From Amoebophrya sp. A120 (taxonomy: Eukaryota > Protista > Dinoflagellata): 64,000 bases of DNA. Location: the NCBI GenBank assembly GCA_905178155.1, contig CAJINV010000001.1:5412757-5476756 (forward strand), given 5' to 3'. Made by a program: the position numbers and the translations under genes. Below the pieces are notes generated by a model. That model ran no database searches. It was given only the letters and a program-made list of their open reading frames with translations, and was not told the origin of the DNA. This document shows, one piece after another, positions 36,201 through 50,305 of this stretch (position 1 is the first letter of the stretch; the number at the start of each line of letters is the position of its first letter).

Positions 36201-38291
36201 TACAGCGGGATGAACAAATTGCAATTGTATCCCAACATCATCTATCACAGGTGAAGCGCGACACCATCGTGGAGACCACTTTGAACGCGGGCGACTTGAT
36301 CACCATGGAAGGCATGATGCAGAAGTACACGCAGCACTACGTTCCCTACGCCCACACAAGAAAGGCATCCACCGCTCCCCGGATCAATCTCACCTTCCGC
36401 GACCTGGTGGTGCACAAGAAAAACTGCAAGCTGCACGGGCAGAAAACGAAAGGAACGAAGGGAGAAATAATGCTAACACCAAAACAAGTGGAGCAGGAAG
36501 AGACAAAGACTGAGACAGCGAATTTGAAACAAGCGGAAACAAAAATAAAACCAGCAGCGGATGAATCGGGGGCGGGTGGAAAAACGAGCGAGGCAAGTCG
36601 CTACGTCGGGTTTGACACCTACCGCCACGCGTGGACAGCAGCGCATCCCGAGGGGAGGGAAACAGTCAAGGAAACCAAGTGGACGGCGTGCGCCAACTGC
36701 AACGACGCGCCGCATTTGAAAGGGAGAAGATGCATTTTGATGGAGCCGTCCTCGGATAAGGATGTAAAAATAAAAGGAGAAGTACTGAAAAACACCGAAA
36801 ATAATGAGGGCAACACCGCGGACGCGAAAGCAAGAGGAAAGTCCAGATCAAAGTCAAAAGGGAAGAGGTCAAAATCCGGGCAAGGCGAAACGGAGACACC
36901 AGCGGAAACATCGAAGGACGTCGACACTGCAGTGTCAAAAAAGCCGGAGTTTCACTGCCGGCGGTGCTGCGTCGCGGCGAACCCAGCGTTCGATTCGATG
37001 CTGTCTTTGGAAGATTTTTTGCAGAAGCGGGAGCCGAAAATCCAAGACGCAATGTCGGAGATGATTATGTCCGGGAAAAATCCGGCAGCTGCAGATGGCA
37101 CTGTCACTGAGGAGAAAGCAGTCCAGAGATTACAACTCGATTCGCTGCCCATCTCGGTGTACGCAAACTATCGAGAGGATGTGAAGCACGTTTACGGCAG
37201 TGCGTCTCCCGCGAAAAAGAAGCCGCTTTACATGCGGGAAAAGAATGCCAAGAAGTTCGAGCCGGAAGCTCGAACTGCAGAGACCACGAAGAACGTGATC
37301 AATTTAGCGGCGAAAAGTGGCGATATGAACGCAGATGATGCAACGGCGAAGGAGTAAAATTTTTTGGTTTGTTTATAGCGTAGTTACATCCCTCCACTTA
37401 TGTTCAGGTACTGGTTCGAATGTTTCAGACCTCAATTAGCCATTTGCACCTTTCTGATTCAACATCAGAATCGAAAAATTTATGTTTCGAACATCGCAAC
37501 AATAATTCAACTACAGAACCCCTACTTCGACCGCCACGCCGGGCAGTTCCGCGCGAAACAAGTGGAAAAAAACCGACAAAAAGGAGGAAAGTTACACGCC
37601 AAAAAGTAACCGCCACGAGGACCACTCCAGCTGGTGGGGCAAGAACAATTGGGGTGGGAATGACAAGAATTTTTATGCCGCGAAAGACGAGAAATATGAC
37701 ATGGAGAAGGAAACAAAAAAAGAAAAAGACAAGCGGTACTATGAAGAACAATACGACAGTTCTTACGATTACAACAAGGATAGCTACGACTATAATTACG
37801 AAGAGTCAAAGAAGAGTAGAAGCAAGCAAAAAGACGACGGGTACTACAACTGGTACAACGCGGAGGAAAATACGTATAAAGCGCCAAATAGTAAAATGCG
37901 GTCGGACCACAAAACGGATAGATCCACTCCCTCGTCCACTTCACACAGCAAGACGCCCTCTTCCCGCTGGCAGAACAGAGCCGCAGGAGGTGGCAAGGCG
38001 AACAGAAGGGAGTACTGGTCAGAGAATGTGGATGAACGTGGTGCAGGAAGAAAAGCAGCAGGTCAAGAGGAGCAGGCTGTTGTGGATTGGGGTGTGGCCT
38101 GGAAACAAACAAAAGCCGCTGCGGAGGATAAAAGTTGGGGCGACGAGAAGAAAGAGAAGTACTGGGATAATTATGACCCCTACAATGGCGGGTACAACGG
38201 AAACAAGTATAATAACTACAGTGCTTCTCCCTCGAAGCGGGGCGGAAATTATGACCGGTATGTTGAAAAGACGGGTGATAAGTGGCGGTAG
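33225..38291 (+). CDS. AlkB-family (ALKBH2/3-like) Fe(II)/2-oxoglutarate dioxygenase with long low-complexity extensions; exons 33225-35592, 35740-36119, 36251-37353, 37517-38291
   Basis: NSVNLNLYEDGSQGCGWHADNE (HxD), ILSLSLGGPREF, GDLITMEGMMQKYTQHYVP and PRINLTFR; the GT-AG introns join in frame. Confidence 0.85.
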
Positions 38292-39334
38292 GTCTGGAAG
38301 AGAAGAACCTAAAAACTACCCCGACGAAAATCATTTCAAGAACAGCGACGCTTTTATACCTCTTTTTGGAACAACCGTGTACACAGAAGACTGTCATTCC
38401 GTGAAAGACTGTTGATATTCATTGGAAATAAACCAGCACGAGGCACATTATGTCATTACAGTTGTTTTCAACATGAAAAGGCTGCAACCTGCGTATGTTG
38501 TCGCGAATGTGCGCATGCTTCTCATGGACCGTCTTATGGAGCGGACGTTACTGCTGGGAGGATGTAGTTGGTATCATGACAGGTTCACTCTTTTTTCGTT
38601 TTCGCGATTTTTCAGTCGTTTTTCGACAGCGTGAGGGGAGAGAGGCAAATTTGGCTTGCGGATGTGACCTTGAAATACCACTAGATAGAAGCGAGTGCAT
38701 GGTACGGGGTTCTATTTTCTCTTCTCGCATAATCGCGATTATTTCGTCAGACTATGATGTTGTCGTGGCCGTCGTTGCACTCCTTAAAGGTTTGTTCGAA
38801 AGAAGCAATACCGAAATAAATTTTCCAAGCGCGGCAGATTTTTTGCCCAAGTCGCGGTATTTAGCGGACCTATTCTGACTACCCTGGGCGCGCGTTTTCG
38901 TCAGCATCATAGGTCGGGAATCTTTTGATTCGCTGCAGGCCACGGCAGCGCGGAGGGTGTACCGTTGCGGAAGAAGTGGACTTACTAAGATTAAATGTGA
39001 GCATCATCTGCAACGTCCTCCAAGCTGTGTCTGGAAGCAGCCAATTCCCCTCGCCGACCGGGGGCCCGAAATGGCTGAAAACTATCATTTTCGCTGAACA
39101 GACGGAGCAACTACTTAAAAGCCCGCACAAGGGACAGACTGCGAGTTGTATAGTGTCTCCTTGTAGAAGTATGTAAGGCGAAATCTTCTGTGCTCCTCAG
39201 CAACAAGGAGTTCCGGACCTGCAGGAGTCGGGGACGATAGTAGAGCCAGATATCGCGGCTATCGCAACTGTTCGTACATGTATAATGGCCATTAAGGACT
39301 GATAGGCAACTTCTACAGGATATAGGATCACAAA

Positions 39335-40728
39335 ATGGAGGAGCTTCGCTACACGCCGATGGACGACAATGCGGCGCCCGTGGACATGCGGGGTGCGCAG
39401 CGGCAGTCGCAGCCGGGAAGCCTGCCCGGGATGCCGCCGGGTGCGGAACAGTTCCAATTCGAGCCGGAAGTGGAGGAGAGAATTATCGAAATCCCGAAGC
39501 TCGTGGAGCAAATCATTGAGAAGGAGGTGGTTATCCCGGAAACGCACATCGTAGAGGTGGTCAAGGAGATACCGCAAATACAGGAAGTGATACGGGAAGT
39601 GCCAAAGTACTTACAACTGGGATTGATGAATGTGTTATAGTTCTTTGTGTTGCATCTTCACTGCAGTGCTAAACGAAGTCTGTCTTGCGTGATACGCAAA
39701 AATTTGTATATTCTTCTTGATCAGGTACGAATTCAAGGAAGTGATAAAGGAAATCCCGAAGGTCGAGATCAAATACGTTGAAAGGAAAGTGGAAGTGCCG
39801 CAAGTCATGGTAGAAATGCCGTTTTCTCTTTATTTGTAGCTAACCGTGTCGTGGACGACGCTTTCCAGTACTTATTCGTAAATGACACAAGCTAGTTTTT
39901 CTTTCCAAGCAGCTGACTTCGCGTTTCTAGTTCGATGAATCGATTCGACAAGAAATAACGCAATTATACAAAGGTGCGCGACATCCCCGTGGAAGTGCCG
40001 CAAGTGCAGGAGATCACGCGCATGATACCCCGTATCGTGGTCAAGGAAATTCCGGTGGAGCGGGTGCGCAAGGTCGAGAAAGTCATTTACCGGGATGTGG
40101 AGGAGATTGAGTACGTCCCCGTCCTATCAGATGCAAATATGTCTGGGTCTGGAAACTTGTGATGCTGAACTGTGGATGACTGAAATACTTCCCAATGCAG
40201 CCAAGCATGACATGTTTCTCGCACACTTTCTCATGCGCAGTCCGCATGAGAAACTGCGCTTTTGTATCACAAAAGAGGGTTTCTTTTTGCTTGTCATGCA
40301 ACACAGATTTTATAGGAGTGCAGGACTAGCATTACTAGTTTTATGCTTCCAGACCCAGACATATTTGCAATGCATACGTCCCCTACATTGTGCAGATCGA
40401 GAAGAAGTTCCCCCCCGGGAGCATCGGTCCGGACGGCAAGCCGATTCCCGACAACGGCGGCGGGTTGCTCGGCCCCGACGGCCAGCCGCTGGGACCGGGG
40501 ATACAGATGGGCGCGGACGGGGTGCCGATGCGCGTGAAGCAGGAGGTGCACTTGTTCGAGAACGTGAACCAAATCACCAAGCCGAAACTCGTGCCCGTGG
40601 AGACGGAAGTGCCCGAGTACGTGCCGCAGTACATCGACGTAGAAGTGGACGAATTCGGGATGCCGTTGCAACCCGCACCGACGTTAGACGTTCTGCTCAG
40701 TAGAGGGGTACCGATGGAAGTCGCGTGA
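39335..40728 (+). CDS. Alveolin / inner membrane complex (IMC) protein; exons 39335-39606, 39725-39809, 39974-40124, 40382-40728
   Basis: Repeats EERIIEIPK, EVVKEIPQ, ERKVEVPQ and VETEVPEYVPQY. Confidence 0.85.
40125..40376. mobile_element. Introner (family A), 252 bp, TSD CGTCC
   Basis: tatcagatgcaaatatgtctgggtctggaa ... ttccagacccagacatatttgcaatgcata; removal gives EYVPVP|YIVQIEKKF. Confidence 0.95.
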
Positions 40729-41806
40729 AGATGGCGGTTTTATTTCGGGGAGGAGTCAATTGATTATCACGAATTGATTTCATCTCGCCTTACATCTCTT
40801 TTCCAGTTTGACTTCGAAGATTCTGAAGTACAAGCATGCATTGGCATTTTTCACAAGCTGCAGCTGCGGAGGAGCAACAGCTCTTCGATGCTGTTGATAG
40901 GACCACTCGTGCGCGCGACGTGCAACGAAAGAACGAGTGTTCATGTTCTTCATCAGTGAGGAGATAGATGCATCAAAGTCCTGTTGTGATGTCCACTGTA
41001 GATGAATTTGCAGGCTTCGACCCAGGCGAACAAGTGAAAGATCCGCATTGCTTTCCATTCAGAGATCCAGCTCGCTGTTTTTTTTCCTTTTTGACGCGGC
41101 GTAGAGTCTCATTCGAGTAACCTGAAGCTGAATCTCATGCGTTTTTTCCACGTCCTGTTGAGATTTTGATCTTTAGCCAGTGGCCGCCAGAAGTGTTTTA
41201 TAGGAATTGCAAGCTGTCCTTTTCGTTCTTTTGCGTGCGCATCTTGAGTAGATCGGGAAGAACAACTCAGATAGTTAGAAAAGGCTCTTTTTGCTGGGCA
41301 CTTGAGAAAAGATTGCACGTGATTACAATTTTCCCATACTGTGAAGTATTTGTGCACAAGAAATTTTAAGTATTCGTTATGATGGTGAAAATGTCTACTG
41401 CAACTGCTACGGCTACATCTCCACACGCCCGCTGCTGAAGACCGCTTGAGTGACCGGGCATTCATGTTCTGCACGAGTTTCTCATCTGCCAAGCCGACCT
41501 ACATCAGTCACGCCAAAAAAGCCTACGTCGCAAAGCTTTCGCACACAAGCCGGCGCCGTCGTCTGTAACGGTACCGACGTAGACAGATCGTAGAGAAGGG
41601 AGTCAGTCTGTCAGCAGGCGCGACACAAAACTACTGGAGAAATTTTCCAATTGCGTAGCTCTAGCGCTTGGGCAACGCGATTTTTTTCAGAAAGCAGCGA
41701 CGCAGTTCAGACCGGCGACAAAATACGTTCCCAGTGTGGAAAACGCTGAGGACACCAGAATTCACAAATCCAGAAGAAACGGCTTGAAAAACAAGCAAAT
41801 CTAACG

Positions 41807-43668
41807 ATGTTCTCGGGATGGAGAAGATTCCTGAGCCGAGACCTGGTCCGCCAGGAAGAGGCCCCACCCGTGTCCGCGACTCCAGGACTGGACAGTGCGT
41901 CCAGCATAGTAATGCCAAAACCTACCTGCATCCAGTACGACAACTTCTCAAGGGAATGGATGCAGATCTCGCAGCTCGACAACTTTGATGGGTATGTTGT
42001 TGTATACAGATGGGCTTTTCATTTCACATTTATCAAGCGTGGTCTTTAAAGCTTGCGTGGCATCCTTCTGAAAAAATTTGCACACAAAGCGCTGATTGGT
42101 TCTAACTGTAGTTCCACCTGTAAAAAAATTAACGAACAGATTCCGCATAGAAGTCGGAAAGCCATTAACGAAGAACTTCAATGCGGCACACACTCTGCTC
42201 CTGGGAACAGCATCGAAGCAGCAGCCTTACGCCTACCAGTTCGGACCAGTTTTCCAAACGGAAGACGGGAGGCTATTCATGATGGGTAAGTTGCACAAAG
42301 AAATAGTGCGATTATCATCTCAGTTATGTTCTTTCATGCGGCGCAGTTACGACGCACAAGGACAGATCAGCGGAAGTTTTCTATCATGATGTCTCTATGA
42401 TTGATTCTGCGCAAAAACTACATCCAAGGTAAAACATCGCTTGACGGCTTGCTGAATGCGCGCGTCGTGAAGAAGGTGATGGGACCCTACTGCGACCTCA
42501 GGGCAAACATGTCCTCCTGCGTGATAGAGCCATCGAGAAATATGTACTTGTTTGTGTTTTTTTTTGCTTGACGCTTTCTGATGCAGATTTTCGAAAAAGT
42601 AGGTGGAACGCGTGGATTGTGAGTTGAAGTGTCAGCACATTTGTCCAAATCTGCACATCAGGTACGAGTTTTCCAAGGATTTGAACTTCAAAAGATGGTG
42701 CACTTCTACGAAACTTGTGTGGCAAGGCATTTGGATCTGCAACTTCGGGTTTTCTTCCCTCGTCACAAAGAACCTCCACCTCGGCGGCGAAGTCACCTAT
42801 TTGAACTTGCTCAGTCGCGGCGCCAGCATGGGCACGCTCGGATTCAGGTTGGTTTTTTTTTGTGTATTCAAGAACCTCTTACGCGACAGTTTCTCGTTTA
42901 GGTTTTTCTTGTCCACTTCTGTGATGGTAGATTCTGAAGGTGAAGAACTACATGAGTTGATTGTGGTGAAACAAATATAGGTATGAGGACAACGGAAACA
43001 CTTTGTCGGGGACTGTCGGACGAACGCCGGACTTCAAAAATCCCATGCGGGAGGAACCGCTGCACGGCATACGCCTCCAGTACGCACGAAGGGTAAAGAA
43101 CTGAAGTTCACCATGATAGAGGATTTGTTTTGCCTCACTTTTCATCTTTCGCAGGCACGGTGAAAAAATTATTGGAATATAAAAGTTCTAGCACCAGATC
43201 AAAAATTTTTCGATGAATCACTTTCACAACAGATAAGCGAGCGTGTATCTCTGGGCTGCGAATACGACTGGAGCTACCCAGAGCACGAGTCTGCCATGAA
43301 GGTAGGCTACGAATACACCTTCCGAACCTCCAGGGTGCAGGGGCTGCTTGATACTGCAGGTACAACTGTGATCCAGTTCATCTTTCAGGCTTTGATCATG
43401 CATTCATACATCAGACATTCAACCCTTTTGCTGCAACAGAGCGCAGGCCGGAATGCACTTAAAATAAACCGGCGATGGAAAAGAGTTGATGTAGTATTTC
43501 CCAATCTCCATGCACACAGGTCGAGTATCCTGTTTCATCAACGATTTCAAGGGTTTTGCCCTTTCCGGCGTCATTGACTACATGGCCAACGAGTACAAAT
43601 TCGGCGTGCTGATGCACTACTTTCCGGCTGGAGAGAATGCGGAGGGCGGGGAGGCACCAATCATGTAG
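41807..43668 (+). CDS. TOM40: Mitochondrial outer membrane translocase Tom40 (about 7 exons)
   Basis: Spliced product includes DNFDGFRIEVGK, AHTLLLG, YAYQFG, LDGLLNAR, VTKNLHLGGE, KVGYEYTFR, RVQGLLDTAG and IDYMANEYKFG; introns are GT-AG. Confidence 0.9.
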
Positions 43669-44816
43669 TTCTGTCACTCCATTTTTACCGAGTGTCGTGC
43701 TAGTAGGGTGTAAGATAGAAGTACACCCCATTCTTCAGCTTTCACGTTCTTCAGTCCAGGTACAGTCTTCACCAGTATAGAATCAAAGTAAACGAACAAA
43801 GCTTGAACCATAGTAATAAGCAGAATCTGTTTGCTGGGCTTCTCATGGCCCAGCTTAAGGGGAGCGATGTACACAACAGCAATTTGGCTCTTCCACCATC
43901 CTTCCACACGAGCTTTTGCTTTTGACGAATATTGTATAACAGTGTGATTGGTTTTCTCGAAAAATGACTCTTGTTCTTTTGTACCCAAAGCCCGAATCCC
44001 GGGTTTTGGAAGGTCATTTTTTAAGTAGCTAACGAGCCCCATGTTGACCTGCTGAGTTCTTTTGATTGGTGCGCTAGGTTATTCTCAAGATTGCGACTCT
44101 CGGAATCTTGATCTACTTCACGAAAATGTATTTAGGGTCTTCGTCAAGAATACAGAAAACACAATTGATTACGCGACAAAACGACACAATACAACAAGAA
44201 CCGCCTTGCCTGCTTGACCCCGTCCTCCACAAAAAATACTGGTTTGTGTTTTCTCTGTTCTCGCCTCGTCCACTGATTAAGTGAATCGTGACCGTATTGA
44301 TGCAGGAGAGAACACGGAAAGAACGCGGAGGCCTCCTTGGAGTGACAGAGTGCAGGAGATGAACAGATATCCTGACAGAGAATCAAGAGAGAGATGATTG
44401 TGCTTGGTTTTGTCTTGCTTTGTTTATTCGGCGTCCTGCGGTTACTGATCTGACTTTCGACCGTTTTCGTACAATCAACCTGGCGGTGGCACTGTCAGAA
44501 TTAAGTTGAAGAACGAGACACAGAACCACGCACGCGTTAGGAGTAGGAGCTGCATGCTCAACGTGCTCAATAAAAGGAAGCCGCTTATTTTTACACTCGC
44601 CCGGTGAAGGGACCGTGTACAAGATTGGCCCAGAAAAATTGCCGCCGCTCGGATCATCGGAAGACGTTGCCGGACGCCGCTGGTGCAAAGACCCTAACGT
44701 TTTTTTCATCGCGGCAAGGCTGCAAAAGCCACGACTGTCCTGCCTTAGAAGCGGACTGAACTTCTACTCCTGGGGGCATTTTTCGGAGCATCACACGAGG
44801 AACTCGAACTTCGAAA

Positions 44817-46695
44817 ATGACGAACTGTTTCGACAAGATCCGGCTCCAGCAGCTGATTGCAGAGACAACGCACGTGGAAAATCTTATCGCAAGAAAAAAC
44901 TGTTTCTCTGTGAACTTGTGATGCAGAAAATGAAGTAGGAAGAGTTTCTGTCTTGCTACACCTGCAACAGGTTAGATTTTCAAGCGCGTTTTCCCTTAGG
45001 AAGCGCGCATGGCAAATATTATGTGTCATGTGTAACAAACTTGTCATGCAGATTTGTCAAAATCATCACAGTGAAACAGTTTTTTTGTGGGATAAATCTC
45101 GCCGCCAATGTATTCCACATCTTTTTCCTCAAGATGCATATCACACAGAAAAAAACTGGCAGGGCATATTTGTAATGCAAAAATAAATACGCAGTAAAAT
45201 CTGCATTGCATAGCCGAAACAGCATGCTATGGGACCAACCATGACAAATTTTTCTGTGTATTTGTTTTTGCATTACAAATATGCCCTGCCAGTTTTTTTC
45301 TCTCGGATAATGCAGGAGGCGGACAAGGAGATGAAAACGGCGGCGCTGCTGCCTGTGGATGAAGCAAAGGAAGCAATACAAGACCTCATTTGTACTATGG
45401 ATTCTTCTATTTTTGCCTCTTCGCGTTTTGTGCATCTTGTGTGCGAGGAACACTAGTAGCCTTGCTCCTGTATTGGCGACTGGATAGCAGGTTTCATCCC
45501 ATGGTTCTATGGATAGATTTTGCATTGCACCCTCGTGGTGCCTTCTTTCAATTACGATTTTTTTTTTGAATTGAAAATTACATCAACAGACGAGTTTCGG
45601 GTGCAAGACCCCGAAGTGGTGAAGAGCCTCGGGGAGCTTTTCGACCTGCACTGCCTGGATCCGAACGGGTTTACCTACCACGCGTTCATTTCTCTGCTCC
45701 TCATCCTGATCCGAAGAATCGTGGCGCTCGAAGACCGCAACCGCGCGAGCAGTAGCATTCCTCCGACGCTGGTCGGAGACCAAACCGCACGGTCTTCGCA
45801 AATGGTTCAGCAGCAAGTCAGCAGCGCCAGGACCACGCCCACCGTGAATTACCGCTACAACTCGGCGTCCGGGCCAAACACCCCACAGCTCGGCGGGCCC
45901 GGGGTTCGCAGCGCGACTACCGGGACCTACTCGGTGCCGTTAGGCGGGGGTGGTACGGGAGGTGGAGGTGGGGGTGCACAGCCGAGCGTTGTAGTGCAAC
46001 CACCGATAAGTACCGCGAACGCAACACCTTTGCAGCCACCAAGGGCGCCGGTGGGGTCGACAGCAAGCGCTTCCCGGAGTAATTTTTTTTTTTTTGTGAA
46101 CAACATCCTGATTCTATTGATTTGATGTTGAGTCGCGCGCGGCTTCTTGAGCTTTTGTATGTGCCTAGGAATTGTAGAGAAGTAAATTCGAATCTTCTAG
46201 GTATCACGCCACCGGTCGTCGCGAGAACAGTAATCCAAGGACCGCCTACTGTGCAAAGTACACCACCCGTGCAGAGTACGCCGCCGAGAAGGCTGAGCAA
46301 CCGCTTCGCCCACATAAATCTCCTGCCAGTGTAATTTTTGAGTGACTGAGCTGTGACTCGTTTGCTATAAGAAAGGTTTCATCGCTGCTTTCTCCAGTAT
46401 GTCTGTGGCCGGGTATTGGCCGCCTGTCATTTGAATGAAAATGTTGACTCACAGGCAGCTGACGCCCCGGGGTCCTCGCACCTCCGTCGTCCCGGCCCTT
46501 GGGCCGCGGACTGCGATGGTGCCGCAGGAAAGCCGCACCTACTACTACCGCGTCGACATGCCCGCAGGCTCACCGCCCCCACAGCCACCCGCGACGGCGC
46601 GAAGGCAAGAAAATATTCCCTCAAGTGCGCTGCTGGAAATGGCACAAAACTCAGGACCGGCGGCAGAAGTGAACGACTTCAAACAAGTGTACTGA
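44817..46695 (+). CDS. Hypothetical multi-exon protein (helical, possibly degenerate EF-hand N-terminus; Pro/Thr-rich C-terminus); start uncertain
   Basis: After removing two introners it reads MTNCFDKIRLQQLIAETTHVENL|AANVFHIFFLKMQ|EADKEMKTAALLPVDEAKEAIQDLI; later GT-AG introns join in frame. Confidence 0.6.
44885..45094. mobile_element. Introner (family B), 210 bp, TSD AATCT
   Basis: tatcgcaagaaaaaactgtttctctgtga ... tcacagtgaaacagtttttttgtgggata; frame restored. Confidence 0.9.
45139..45309. mobile_element. Introner (family B-like), 171 bp with ~60-bp TIRs, TSD ATGCA
   Basis: tatcacacagaaaaaaactggcagggcatatttgtaatgcaaaaa ... tttttgcattacaaatatgccctgccagtttttttctctcggata; frame restored. 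Confidence 0.9.
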
Positions 46696-47783
46696 CTTTG
46701 GATTTTTGCCTAACATGGTTGAATTTGGTTATCAGGATAAGACACCGATACATAGTTAGTTACATGGTTTCCATTCTGCCGCAGGCATCTATGGTGTGAT
46801 GTGTACTCCTTCTTCAATTCTTTCCAGGCTGAACGACTATGCTTCGAGAATGTCAACCCAGTATGCGCCCCCCGATCCTGGAAACGCGGCGGATTTTCGA
46901 GGCGATTTGCATTCGATGCGCCACAACGCAAACCAAATAAGGGAGCAGATAAGCGTGCGAAGGCGATAAAACGATGCGGCTTTTTACGTGTCGTCAAACG
47001 TAGCCGGAAGAAATGAAAACCAACCAAAATCAATTAATGACCAAAGACGATAATAGATTGCACTGTCTTTTCATGATGTAAGTAAAGTATTTTTCGCACT
47101 TCTACGTCTACAGGTAGGCTTAGAGTCACAGAAACACAATATCCTCGATGAACCCCTATGGAACTTTGAAATGCAAAGTTTGCCACGATCATGCGTGGCC
47201 TATGTGTGTGCATTTATGCTAAGGATAGAGTACGCACTCACAGTCTGGTGACGCAGGCTCATGCGTCCCCGTGATGGTTTCATTTCGAAAATGCACGTAA
47301 AGCGAACCGTTCTTGTATGATCCTTAAGAGACACAGACAATAGCAATACTGCGAAGATGATTCAAAGCTGCTTTTTCTTCAAGCATTTTTTCGTTTTTTG
47401 TTGCGTTGATGTTCTTGTTCCTACTCCGCTTACATGATAGATCAGGCAAGACAGGGGCGATTGAGGAGGGGAAGCTTCAAGTGTGAGTGCAGAGATGATT
47501 TTTACGCCGTCCGTTAAACAGGGGGAACTACAACTACTGACTACCCTGAGCTGCCTAACAGAGAAAGCGACGTAGAATGAGGCTTGCGGTCTGTTATTGA
47601 GCGAGGGGTGTGTTGTATCAGAGGTGCGTGTCCTGTTTGTACGGCGCCACATGGGTAAGTAATTACTTTTGCGAATAATTTTTGCGAGCCAAGCGAAATC
47701 GAAACGAAATAAAGAGTACTAGACCAACACGGAGGTTGTAGCTCGTAAACAACACACCTGATTGTGATTGCTTCAGGCTAAAA

Positions 47784-49336
47784 ATGACGTCAGCTGCGGC
47801 CCAGGGGCTGCACAGTTTGTCGACGAAGCTGGCGACGTCGTTTTTATCGAAAAGCGAGAGCAAAAAATCCTGGCTGAAACTTGTCGCTGCACCAGAGCCC
47901 AGCCCGGACCGGCACCCTCTCTCGGGTCGGCACATTTTTCGGCGCGAGGAGAGCGGATTGGACGACGAGGTGAGGACAGGGGACATTCCGATATTAAGAC
48001 AGCTTTTTATATCATCATGAATTCAACTGCGAGAAGATGAGTGCTTGGTGCTGACAAAAATTGTTCAGTCCGTGATGTACGAGTACGCACGCATGACGAA
48101 ATTTCAAATCTCTCAAATTATTCCACACAGGAACAATCTCCTCCAAATGACGCTTTTGCCCGGACACACTCGAAGACCGTGCCTTTGGCCGAGGACATGG
48201 ACACGCCGCGGGGGAGTCCAACCGATGAATCCCCGGTGAACAACATTGGGGAAGAAACCAATTACGACCGCGCGCCTCTCTCGGCTCGGATTTCATTTTC
48301 CTCGACGAAGGAAGATGAGGATAGTACCTTGACGAGCAAAAAATCCACGTCCACCAGCCGGACTTCCAGTCGCAGCAGCTGCTTCTCCGTTGTGCAGGTC
48401 ACGAACAAATCCCGCTACAGTCTGGAGCGGTCCGCGGCCGTGGGCGCGGCCTACGCCGACCCGACGAAGAAGCCACGCGCCACCATCGCGGGGACGAAGG
48501 CGACGAACCTGACGCCACCCCCGGCCGGGGCGGACGACGGGAATGTGGTGTTGAAACAGCGAACCACGATCCCCATCATGCGGGCCACGGAGCTGATGCC
48601 GCCGCCGAGACCGCCGCGCCGGGCCGCGAGCTTCACCGTGGGCGGATCCGGGTCGGTTGCGAAAATCCCCACTGCGGGATTGAAGTCTTTATTCCGCCGC
48701 GCAGCAACCACGTCGCTGATCGACAGCGGAGGTGACAAGAATCTTAAACCAACGGCGCTCCAAAAGCAGTCGAGTTTCTCCAATTCCGCAGGGCCAGAAA
48801 TACGGTCTTTCCCACCGTGGAAGAAGGAAAAGGAAATGTTGTTCCAGAGTGCTAGGAATGTCAAAAACACCAAAGCTCCGGTGTCAAACGACTCAGAGAG
48901 TCAGGAGTGCAGTATTGAAGAGGACCAGGAATTGTCCCTCGACGAAGACTTCTCCCTCCCACCGAGCGGCAAGGTGTTCTTACAGCCAGGCGGCGTCGTG
49001 GCCGCGGCGACGTCCACCACCTCCACCACCGCCAGTTACCACCTGAGTCCGACACGCTCTACTTTTACGGTGGGATCGACCCTTTCGGAAAACCACAACC
49101 CCATGAAGCTCCTGGATCCCGTGAACGAAATGACACCGCCAAGGGATAGTGTTTTTCGGGATAGGTGGGAGGAAGAAGAGGAAGACGAAAGTAAATCGGT
49201 GCAAGAAACGGAGTCAATTACAGCAGAAGAGGCTGCCTTTGCTGCGAAGGCCCCGAAAGACCGGTTTTCGCTCCGCCGCATTGTCTTTGGGAGCAAGCGG
49301 TCAGCTTCGAAGGTGATTCCAGACGTCGTCGCGTAG
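47784..49336 (+). CDS. Hypothetical Ser/Thr-rich protein; exons 47784-47969 and 48131-49336
   Basis: GT-AG intron 47970-48130 joins the two ORFs in phase 0; no recognisable domain. Confidence 0.6.
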
Positions 49337-50005
49337 GGAGGGGTGGGGTTGACATGCTCGCGTTTCACAACTTTAAGTCGCTTAAGTATTCAGACACGTT
49401 TGGTCAATTTGAATGTTTACTAGAAACGAATAAAATCATCGGCAAGAAAATTCAATGTGTTTCGGTAGGAAATAGTGACCTACAGAGCGAGAAAGAAGTT
49501 TCGGTTTGTTTCTTATTTTCGTACTAGCGGAGAATCTGTTGTCAATCGAGAGACCGGAAGCAGTAGTCTGTTGATACGTATCAATGAATGTAGAATGTTT
49601 TTAAGGCAATTTACTTTTCTCATCTTCTTTGTCCGAACTTTACGTATGATCGCATAATTTTTCTCTCGTCACACCCAGGCCCAAATACGACACCTCGCCC
49701 CGGTTCTCTCTGAGTGTAGGTCTTTTCCCCCGTTTCAGCAATAAATGCACCATGCTGTGAAAACTGTACAAGAATTTTTACAAAGGCTTGAAGGCTTGCT
49801 CTTTTCAGTACAGTTTACAAGAAAGAGAAACCCAAATTTGCAAAAATATAAGTTTGCTCGTTTCCTTGTATTGCATTAAAGCGAACGACTGTCGAACAGT
49901 GCGAGAGCCGAAGGATTGGCGTTGCAAATGCTGGATATGCTTTGTGTTGTGGCTTGTTCTCTCTGATTTAGGCTGGCTCCGATATTCTTGTAAGTACTAG
50001 CAACA

Positions 50006-50305
50006 ATGGGGGACAACTCCGGCGCACGCAGCAGTAATCAATCGGCCGCGGAGGACGATCGAAACGCCGCTGCCGAGGCCGCACTTAACACGGCGCTGGA
50101 AGCGGCAGAAGCAACGAAGGATGCGTCGGTGACAGTCACCCAAGAGGTTTCGTACCCCGTTAAGGAGATTTATTACAAAGTGGCGGACGCCTTTAGAGAC
50201 TACTTCTTCCCAGCGGAAGCACGAAGGAAAGGTGCAGCATGCGAAAAAGTAGTACCCACCTTCTACTACGATAATACGCTGCAGCCCGGGTCTGCGCCGG
50301 GATAA
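50006..50305 (+). CDS. Small hypothetical protein (99 aa)
   Basis: ATG-initiated ORF with coding-like composition in AT-richer flanks. Confidence 0.5.
   Translation: MGDNSGARSSNQSAAEDDRNAAAEAALNTALEAAEATKDASVTVTQEVSYPVKEIYYKVADAFRDYFFPAEARRKGAACEKVVPTFYYDNTLQPGSAPG

Noticed and set aside
37420-38415. Alternative + frame (331 aa) and minus ORF 37522-38397
   Set aside because: The 37517-38291 frame splices in phase to the AlkB gene; the others are shadows.
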